Below are positions 27,862-34,389 of a stretch of 34,480 nt of DNA, piece by piece. The translations under genes were made by a program, and so were the position numbers. Numbering within the stretch: position 1 is the stretch's first letter; each line of letters begins with the position of its first letter. The stretch is from Bacteroidales bacterium. GTDB lineage: Bacteria > Bacteroidota > Bacteroidia > Bacteroidales > PUMT01. The stretch covers positions 1 to 34,480 of the forward strand of contig SLOS01000374.1 of the NCBI GenBank assembly GCA_007132365.1, in the 5' to 3' direction. The notes under the pieces were generated by a model. That model was not told where the DNA came from. It searched no databases and saw nothing but the letters and a program-made list of their open reading frames with translations.

Positions 27862-29722
27862 CTTCCCCGGGTTTTTCAGGCATTTTGTAAGATTCAATGA
27901 TACTGTTCAGCATAGCCTCTGTTTCCGAAGCGCCTTCCCCGAGAAGGAAACCTATCTGCTGAACCAGGCCCAGATTCTTGTCAATTACATCTGTCACTCT
28001 TTTTATTACCTCCTCTTTTCGCACCTCTGGAACGTAAAGGTCTCTTATAACGGCACCTACAACCTTGTTTTTCCGGATGGTGAATATTGAGACATTATAG
28101 AGGATTTCATTAAAATGTACATCGCGGTTAATAATATTATCGTCATGGCTGAGAACGTATGAAAACAGATTATGGAAGTTGTAGGGCAGCAGTGTTTTAA
28201 GGTCGGCACCCTCCAGCCCGGGAATAACATCCTCTATCATTTTCACCTCTTCGTCCAGAATATTGATAAAGCTTTTATTAGCCTGAATTACCTTAAGGTC
28301 ACTATCCACCAGCACCACGCTGGAGGGGAGCTTCTCAAGCATCGTGCGGGTTGTTTCAAAGGATTCTCTTGCAAGTTGCTGGTCACGCCTTGCATTTTTC
28401 TCCGACTTTTTAAGTGCTGCCTGTGTCTCGGCCAGTTTCTGGTTTGTCTCCCTGAGTGTTTTTATATAGTCATGACGGTTTTTAAGTGTGAAGGTAAGGC
28501 ACATCTCTGTCTTGGCGAGTCCCCGCGCCACTGCAACGGCAAAATCCCGGCAGGAAGGGTATCCGCAGGATGCGCAACCTATTTCGTCAACATTATGTTC
28601 TTTCCCGATCATCTGCAGTATTTCCTGTATCTTCTCCTCATCGGGGTATGGAAGGCGCTGGTCATCTTTTCTGAATTTTCTTGAGAGGTCAAGGGTGCTG
28701 AATTCATCCATCTCTTTCTCCCATGCCCTGAGGTTGAAATCCGCCAGCCTTTTTTTTGCATAAGCTATAACCAGGGCGTGACGAAGATATTTTTCCCCGC
28801 CCCTTGAAGTCCCCGGGCCCATTATACATCCTTCATTATAGAAAAGATTGAAATGCTTTTTTATTGAGTCTATATTTTTTTCAAACTGCCTGACAGCTTC
28901 CAGCATATTATTCCTGCCCTCTGCAGTGATAACCCTACCTGTAAGGAGGTGCTGGTCAATATCCGAAGCTTCCAGTATCCCCGTGCTTACAGGGTAAAGG
29001 GAGCCCTTATATCCTATTGGAGGATCAAAATCGGAAAACTCTACTTTCTTTTCAGTTATGTTGTATTCTGTAAAAAGCTCCCTCAGCTCTGTGAATGTCA
29101 GTACCGAGTCAACTCTGCCATCATCCCTCTGTTTTTTGCCCTCTTTTTTGGTTTCAATGCAGGGGCCGATATAAACGACCTTTACATCTTTACCGTATTT
29201 TTTTCTTACCACTTTTGCTGTTGCTGTCATTGGAGAAACTACAGGGGCAAGATTATCAGTAAGCTCGGGATGAAATTTTTCAATAAAAGAAACGACCGAG
29301 GGACAATTTGCAGTGATATAATATTTCCCTTTGAAATCTGCAAACAGGTCCTTGTATTTACGGGCCACAAGGTCAACTCCGAAGGATGCTTCAAGGACAT
29401 ATTCGAAACCGAGTGCCCTTATCATTTCCACAAACTTCCTGTAGTCGGTAATGTCATGAAACTCTCCTGAAATACTTGGTCCGCAAACTGCAGCAACTTT
29501 ATATTCCGACCTCAGCAGCTCTTTGGTCTCCTCTTTTGAATCCTGATAGCTGATGGCACCGGGAGAGCAGACTTTCAAACAGTGACCGCAACCTATACAT
29601 GCATTATGCATCACTTCCGGATAGTCCATATGTGCCTCTACCTTAATTGCATTTACCGGGCAGATCCTTACACAGGAATAGGAAAGGTTGCATTTGTTGT
29701 TGTCTATGTTTATAAGGGCCAT
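27851..29722 (-). CDS. putative sensory [FeFe]-hydrogenase-like protein (HydS/HfsB-like): ferredoxin domain, H-cluster-type domain, Cx2Cx4Cx16C motif, coiled coil and PAS
   Basis: N-terminal motifs are CNLSYSCVRICP and CIGCGHCLKVCSP. The hydrogenase large-subunit fold shows variant motifs ITANCPSVV (canonical TSCCPxW), IGPCIETKKE (canonical MPCxxKxxE) and NEGCIMGPG (canonical GCxxGG). These are followed by CASCGYPSCRDFAVAVARGLAKTEMC and a C-terminal PAS (LPSSVVLVDSDLKVIQANKSF...GAVIRDL). Confidence 0.8.
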   Translation of the reverse strand: MALINIDNNKCNLSYSCVRICPVNAIKVEAHMDYPEVMHNACIGCGHCLKVCSPGAISYQDSKEETKELLRSEYKVAAVCGPSISGEFHDITDYRKFVEMIRALGFEYVLEASFGVDLVARKYKDLFADFKGKYYITANCPSVVSFIEKFHPELTDNLAPVVSPMTATAKVVRKKYGKDVKVVYIGPCIETKKEGKKQRDDGRVDSVLTFTELRELFTEYNITEKKVEFSDFDPPIGYKGSLYPVSTGILEASDIDQHLLTGRVITAEGRNNMLEAVRQFEKNIDSIKKHFNLFYNEGCIMGPGTSRGGEKYLRHALVIAYAKKRLADFNLRAWEKEMDEFSTLDLSRKFRKDDQRLPYPDEEKIQEILQMIGKEHNVDEIGCASCGYPSCRDFAVAVARGLAKTEMCLTFTLKNRHDYIKTLRETNQKLAETQAALKKSEKNARRDQQLARESFETTRTMLEKLPSSVVLVDSDLKVIQANKSFINILDEEVKMIEDVIPGLEGADLKTLLPYNFHNLFSYVLSHDDNIINRDVHFNEILYNVSIFTIRKNKVVGAVIRDLYVPEVRKEEVIKRVTDVIDKNLGLVQQIGFLLGEGASETEAMLNSIIESYKMPEKPGEDGE

Positions 29723-29726
29723 TTTT

Positions 29727-29978
29727 TTATGTTATGTTCAAGGTTCGGTTAAGTAAATCCACTATATCTTCCGGTTTAACTCCCTCGTATATTTTATCTC
29801 CTATTTTCAGTATGGGGCCTTTATCACATTTGTCAAAACAACGACTCCCGTGAAAGAAAAACCTTTCCTCAAGGTGGTTGTCTTTTAGAAATTTTTCGAT
29901 GATTCCCATGCATAGCCTGTTGCCTCTTGAGAAGCATGAGCTGCCGAGGCAGATTACTATTTCCTGTTTATCATCCAT
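29727..29978 (-). CDS. thioredoxin-like [2Fe-2S] ferredoxin (83 aa)
   Basis: The Cys pattern is C10-x4-C15-x31-C47-x3-C51 (ICLGSSCF...GSRCFDKCDKGP), the NuoE/HydC-type arrangement. Its stop lies 4 nt before the hydS-like start. Confidence 0.75.
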   Translation of the reverse strand: MDDKQEIVICLGSSCFSRGNRLCMGIIEKFLKDNHLEERFFFHGSRCFDKCDKGPILKIGDKIYEGVKPEDIVDLLNRTLNIT

Positions 29979-30030
29979 AATACCGCATCTCTTTTTCTGT
30001 GTTTAAATCAACAAAAGCCTGATATTAAAG

Positions 30031-30038
30031 CAAAAATA
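30031..30038 (-). promoter_or_regulatory. candidate -7 box (TATTTTTG) for the ferredoxin-hydS-PP2C operon
   Basis: The minus strand reads TACTATTTTTGC. That is an exact TAnnTTTG match about 50 nt upstream of the ferredoxin ATG. Confidence 0.3.
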
Positions 30039-30067
30039 GTATTTTTTTTATTCAAAAACATGCCTTT

Positions 30068-30095
30068 AAACATTGTTAATTTTGTAACAATGTTT
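30068..30095. promoter_or_regulatory. perfect 11-bp inverted repeat, candidate operator (Rex- or CRP/FNR-type geometry)
   Basis: The sequence is AAACATTGTTA-attttg-TAACAATGTTT. The core TGTTA-N6-TAACA, equivalently TTGTTAa-N4-gTAACAA, lies in the divergent hydrogenase promoter region. Confidence 0.45.
30077..30084 (+). promoter_or_regulatory. candidate -7 box (TAATTTTG) for hydCBA, embedded in the palindrome
   Basis: It is an exact TAnnTTTG match about 90 nt upstream of the hydC ATG. Confidence 0.3.
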
Positions 30096-30175
30096 GTGGA
30101 GTAACAATAATTTTTTGTAAAATTGTGTTTTATAGTTCACCGGTGATTTAATAACCTGGTTCAACAAAAATAATT

Positions 30176-30640
30176 ATGGATGATCAAACTTCTGTAATAC
30201 TCTCCAGGTATCCCAGGGGGCATCGTGATTGCCTCATTCCCATATTGCAGGACATTCAGGAAGAGTACGGTTATCTATCCGAGTCCTCCGTCATTGAAGT
30301 CGCCCGGTACCTTGGTTTGCCATCAAGTAAGATATTCGGACTGGCAACTTTCTATAATCAGTTTCGTTTTGAGCCCAGGGGGCGTTTTCATATCCGTCTT
30401 TGTCACGGAACATCTTGCCATGTAACTGCTGCATCAGAGATCATTAAGGAACTTGGAAAAAAACTCAGGATAGGTCCCGGGGAGATTTCAAGGGATGGAA
30501 TGTTCAGCCTGGAGCTTGTTGCATGCATGGGAGCATGCCATTTGGCCCCCCTTATGCAGGTTAACGATAATTACCACACCAGACTTGATCCCGCCGGTAT
30601 CAGGGATATAATAGATTCATATATAGAAGGGGAGGAATAA
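30176..30640 (+). CDS. hydC: NuoE-like [2Fe-2S] subunit of an NAD(P)H-linked [FeFe]-hydrogenase (HydC/HndA type)
   Basis: It has LIPILQDIQEEYGYL and the Cys pattern RLCHGTSCHV...ACMGACHLAP (Cx4Cx35Cx3C). Confidence 0.9.
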   Translation: MDDQTSVILSRYPRGHRDCLIPILQDIQEEYGYLSESSVIEVARYLGLPSSKIFGLATFYNQFRFEPRGRFHIRLCHGTSCHVTAASEIIKELGKKLRIGPGEISRDGMFSLELVACMGACHLAPLMQVNDNYHTRLDPAGIRDIIDSYIEGEE

Positions 30641-30642
30641 TT

Positions 30643-32595
30643 ATGTCTTTAAACACTCATATACCTGTTGATAAGGAGTACCTTGTAAACAATGTCCTTT
30701 TGAATGAATCTGCAGATCTTCCGGCCGATGTTGAAAAACTGCTTAAGCTTGTACGCCGGGAAAAAGTGAAATATCCGGTTATTTTTGTCGGAACCGGAAG
30801 TTGCGGACTCATTTCCGGTGCAGGAGAGACTCTTATTGAAATAAACAAGTATTTGTCTGACAGGGATTTAAGAGCCGATGTGGTCGAGACCGGATGTACC
30901 GGTTATTGCTCTATGGAGCCGGTGATTGAAGTCCAGTTACCCGGTAAAACCAGGGTCTCATTTAAAAATGTCACCTCAGAAAAACTTCCTTTTGTTCTTG
31001 ACGGCATGTTTAACAGTATGGTTCCCGTGGAGCATGTGCTGGGACAGTATAAAAGTCCCTCGCTTGAATTGTGGAAGGATGTTCCCTTTATAGGTGAGCT
31101 TTCTTTTTTCTCAATGCAATACAGGAACCTGATGAAAAACTGGGGCCGTATCAATCCCCTCTCCATAGAAGAATACATAGCAACAGGCGGATACAGGTCT
31201 TACATAAAAACTATAAGGAATTATACACATGAGGAGGTTTGCGATATAGTTGAGAAAAGCGGTCTTCAGGGCAGGGGTGGAGGAGGCTTCCTTACGGGGA
31301 AGAAATGGAAGGTTGCCCATACCGTTATGGCTGACCAGCGCTACCTGCTTTGCAATGCTGATGAGAGTGATCCCGGAGGTTTTGCCAACAGGGCGATGAT
31401 TGAGAGTGATCCGCATCGTCTCCTGGAGGGTGTGATCATTGCGGCATATGCAATAGGGACTTCAAAGGCATATATATACATACGCAACGATTACAGGAAC
31501 GCAATAGAAAGACTGGAAAAAGCAGTTGACAGGGCCAGGGATTACGGTCTTCTGGGGCACGACGTATACGGCAGCGGGTTTAACATTGACGTAATTATCA
31601 GAAAAGGCCCCGGTGCGTTTGTCTGCGGAGAAGAGACGGCCATGATAAGCAGTATTGAGGGCAAACGCGGCATGCCAAGGCCCAAACCACCCTATCCGGC
31701 CGTTTCCGGGCTGTTTGGCAAGCCTACGGTTGTAAATAATGTAGAGACCCTGTCAAATATTCCTGCAATCTTTGAAAACGGCCCGGACTGGTTCATGTCC
31801 CTGGGCAATGAGACATCTCCCGGTACCAAGATGCTTGTTTTATCAGGAAAGGTAAATAACCAGGGAATAATTGAGGTACCTATGGGTACCAGTGTAAAAG
31901 ATCTGATTTTTGGAGCGGGAGGAGGAATTCCCGGAAAAAAAAGTTTCAGGGCCGTCCAGATAGGAGGTCCTTCCGGCGGATTCATTACAGCCGATAACAT
32001 TGATATTCCCTATGACTTTGATTCCCTTGCATCAGAAGGTGTCTATATGGGCTCGGGTGTCATGGTAGTACTTGACCAGGATTGCTGCATAATAGATACA
32101 GTAAAATATTTTATGGATTTTATTCAGAAGGAGAGCTGCGGCAAATGCATCCCCTGCCGGGAAGGTACACGCCGCATGCTGGAAGTTTATGAAAATATTA
32201 CAAAACGGCCGGTAGATGAAAACGGCCATACCACGCTTGAACGGTTCAAGGGGGTGATGCAGCTTGAAAGTCTTGCCAGTGTGATAAAAGATACCTCTTT
32301 ATGCGGACTCGGACAGAAAGCTCCCAATCCCGTTATAAGTTCACTGAAATATTTTCGCAGTGAATATGAGGAGCATATATTTGACAGGAAATGCAGTGCT
32401 GGTGTATGCAAGGAGCTGAGGTTATTTTATATTGACGTGGAAAAGTGTACCGGTTGTACGGCCTGTGCACCAAAATGCCCCGAGTCAGCAATAATAGGTA
32501 CAAAGCATCACCCGTTTTTTATTGTTGAAGAGAAATGTACGGGTTGTGGTATATGTTATGATGTTTGTAAATTCAGTGCCATCCTGGTAAAATAG
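30643..32595 (+). CDS. hydB: NuoF-like flavoprotein subunit (HydB/HndC type) with an N-terminal thioredoxin-like domain and a C-terminal 2x[4Fe-4S] ferredoxin domain
   Basis: It has GTGSCGLISGAG...GCTGYCSMEP, the FMN site GLQGRGGGGFLTGKKW, CNADESDPG and the N3-type cluster ESCGKCIPCREG. The C-terminus carries CTGCTACAPKCP and CTGCGICYDVC. The start is 2 nt after the hydC stop. Confidence 0.92.
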   Translation: MSLNTHIPVDKEYLVNNVLLNESADLPADVEKLLKLVRREKVKYPVIFVGTGSCGLISGAGETLIEINKYLSDRDLRADVVETGCTGYCSMEPVIEVQLPGKTRVSFKNVTSEKLPFVLDGMFNSMVPVEHVLGQYKSPSLELWKDVPFIGELSFFSMQYRNLMKNWGRINPLSIEEYIATGGYRSYIKTIRNYTHEEVCDIVEKSGLQGRGGGGFLTGKKWKVAHTVMADQRYLLCNADESDPGGFANRAMIESDPHRLLEGVIIAAYAIGTSKAYIYIRNDYRNAIERLEKAVDRARDYGLLGHDVYGSGFNIDVIIRKGPGAFVCGEETAMISSIEGKRGMPRPKPPYPAVSGLFGKPTVVNNVETLSNIPAIFENGPDWFMSLGNETSPGTKMLVLSGKVNNQGIIEVPMGTSVKDLIFGAGGGIPGKKSFRAVQIGGPSGGFITADNIDIPYDFDSLASEGVYMGSGVMVVLDQDCCIIDTVKYFMDFIQKESCGKCIPCREGTRRMLEVYENITKRPVDENGHTTLERFKGVMQLESLASVIKDTSLCGLGQKAPNPVISSLKYFRSEYEEHIFDRKCSAGVCKELRLFYIDVEKCTGCTACAPKCPESAIIGTKHHPFFIVEEKCTGCGICYDVCKFSAILVK

Positions 32596-32622
32596 TTCTG
32601 GTAGCTTTAAATAACCGAAAAG

Positions 32623-34347
32623 ATGATAGTAAGGATAGAGGTTAACAATAAAATCATTAAAGCGCGAAAGGGAGAGACCATAATGTCCGCCCTCAGGTCA
32701 GCCGGTATAATGATCCCCTCCATATGCTCAATGAAGGATTTCACTCCTACCGGAGCCTGCAGGATGTGTGTGGTCGAAGTGGAAGGCAGGCAGGGGCTGG
32801 TACCTTCATGTTCACAGCCTGTCAGTGAATGGATGAAGATAAAAACCCATTCTCCCAGGGTAGTGAAATCGAGAAAAACAATAGTAGAACTGCTTTTATC
32901 CAATCATCCCGATGATTGCCTTTACTGTGAACGCAATGGCAACTGTGAACTGCAGACACTTGCCGAAGAGCTGAATGTGAGGGAGCGGCGCATCATGGGT
33001 AAAAAAAACAAATACAAACTTGACCACTCCAGTCCCTCGATTGTCCGCGATCCCGCCAAATGCATACTTTGCGGACGGTGCGTGCGTGTATGTGAAGAGA
33101 GGCTGTCGGTATTTGCAATTGATTTTGTCAACCGGGGAAACAGGACAATAATAGGAACAGCATTTAACAAGGATCTTAACTTTTCAAGTTGTATCAATTG
33201 CGGACAATGCATAATGGTTTGTCCCACCGGAGCCTTATTTGAGAAAGACAGTCTCCCCGAGATCGAAGATGCACTCAATAATCCTGAAAAAACTGTAGTT
33301 GTTCAATACGCACCTTCAGTAGGTGTTACCCTGGCTGAGGAGTTTGGAATCAAGCCCGGGAAGGATATCGGCGGACTGGTAATTGCGGCCCTCAGGAAGA
33401 TAGGGTTTGACCGGATATTTGATACCTCCTTTGCTGCCGATATAGCCGTTGTTGAGATGGCACATGAACTGCTGTCCTTGAAGGGCAAAAAAGACAGAAT
33501 GCCGCTTATTTCAGGCAGCTGTCCCGCCTGGGTGAAGTTTGCAGAACAGTGGTATCCCGATCTTTTGCCGGCTGTGTCATCATGCAAATCACCGCAGCAG
33601 ATGCTGGGAGCAATTCTAAAATCCGGGTATCCCGGGATATCCGGTACAGATGCCGGCAGTATCTTTTCCGTGGCAGTGGCACCCTGCACCGCAAAAAAGT
33701 TTGAGGCACAGAGAGAAGAGATGACCAAAAAGGGACTATCTGATATAGATGCCGTACTTACCACCAGGGAGCTGGCCAAGCTTATAAAACTTTACGGTAT
33801 TGATATGAGCCAGATCGAACCTGAAGTTGCTGATGAGCCATACGGAATGCGTAGTTCGGCCGGCAAATTGTTTGGTGCATCGGGCGGAATGGCTGAAGCC
33901 ATTATTCGCTCCCTGCCATATGCTGCCGGAGCAAAAGAGCCTTCCCGGATAAAATATCAGGAGCTAAGGGGAGGCAGGGGAAGAAAAGAGGCGGAGATAA
34001 GGATTGGTAAAACCACATACCGGTTTGCTGTTGCAGGTGGTATGTCAAATGCGGTTAATCTTATTGAGGATATCCGGGCAGGAAACTGTGAATACGATTT
34101 CGTAGAGATAATGGCCTGCGCCGGCGGATGTGTCAATGGTGGCGGCCAGCCTATAGGTGCTGATGATAATGCAATAAGGGCAAGGATGAAGGCTCTCCAT
34201 GGTATTGATGAAAAGGAAACAATAAGGGTTGCCCATAAAAATCCCAGGATCAGTGAGTTATATGATAATTTTCTTGGCAGTCCCCTAAGCGGAAAATGCA
34301 AATCACTGTTACATACCAGTTATTCGGAAAGAAAAGTTTTATTATAA
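32623..34347 (+). CDS. hydA: [FeFe]-hydrogenase large subunit, M3 (CpI-like) architecture, 574 aa, with non-canonical proton-pathway residues
   Basis: Accessory clusters are intact: a [2Fe-2S] (C35, C46, C49, C63), an HxxxCxxCx5C cluster (HPDDCLYCERNGNC) and two [4Fe-4S] clusters (CILCGRCVRVC, CINCGQCIMVCP). H-cluster motifs read ISGSCPAWV, APCTAKKFE and FVEIMACAGGCVNGGGQP. Confidence 0.9.
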   Translation: MIVRIEVNNKIIKARKGETIMSALRSAGIMIPSICSMKDFTPTGACRMCVVEVEGRQGLVPSCSQPVSEWMKIKTHSPRVVKSRKTIVELLLSNHPDDCLYCERNGNCELQTLAEELNVRERRIMGKKNKYKLDHSSPSIVRDPAKCILCGRCVRVCEERLSVFAIDFVNRGNRTIIGTAFNKDLNFSSCINCGQCIMVCPTGALFEKDSLPEIEDALNNPEKTVVVQYAPSVGVTLAEEFGIKPGKDIGGLVIAALRKIGFDRIFDTSFAADIAVVEMAHELLSLKGKKDRMPLISGSCPAWVKFAEQWYPDLLPAVSSCKSPQQMLGAILKSGYPGISGTDAGSIFSVAVAPCTAKKFEAQREEMTKKGLSDIDAVLTTRELAKLIKLYGIDMSQIEPEVADEPYGMRSSAGKLFGASGGMAEAIIRSLPYAAGAKEPSRIKYQELRGGRGRKEAEIRIGKTTYRFAVAGGMSNAVNLIEDIRAGNCEYDFVEIMACAGGCVNGGGQPIGADDNAIRARMKALHGIDEKETIRVAHKNPRISELYDNFLGSPLSGKCKSLLHTSYSERKVLL

Positions 34348-34389
34348 TGTGTGCTTCTTACAATGTTATAGACATTTCAGGAACTGACT

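Noticed and set aside
27862-27897. An upstream start codon for the PP2C gene (MNLTKCLKNPGK...).
   Set aside because: It would overlap hydS by 47 nt. The internal ATG at 27861 gives a typical short overlap and a normal PP2C N-terminus. I cannot exclude it without ribosome profiling or N-terminal proteomics data.
28172-29470. Plus-strand ORFs of 170, 91 and 173 aa inside the hydS-like gene.
   Set aside because: They are antisense to a gene with clear Fe-S, hydrogenase and PAS motifs. Their translations are Cys/Phe/Leu-rich and look like noise.
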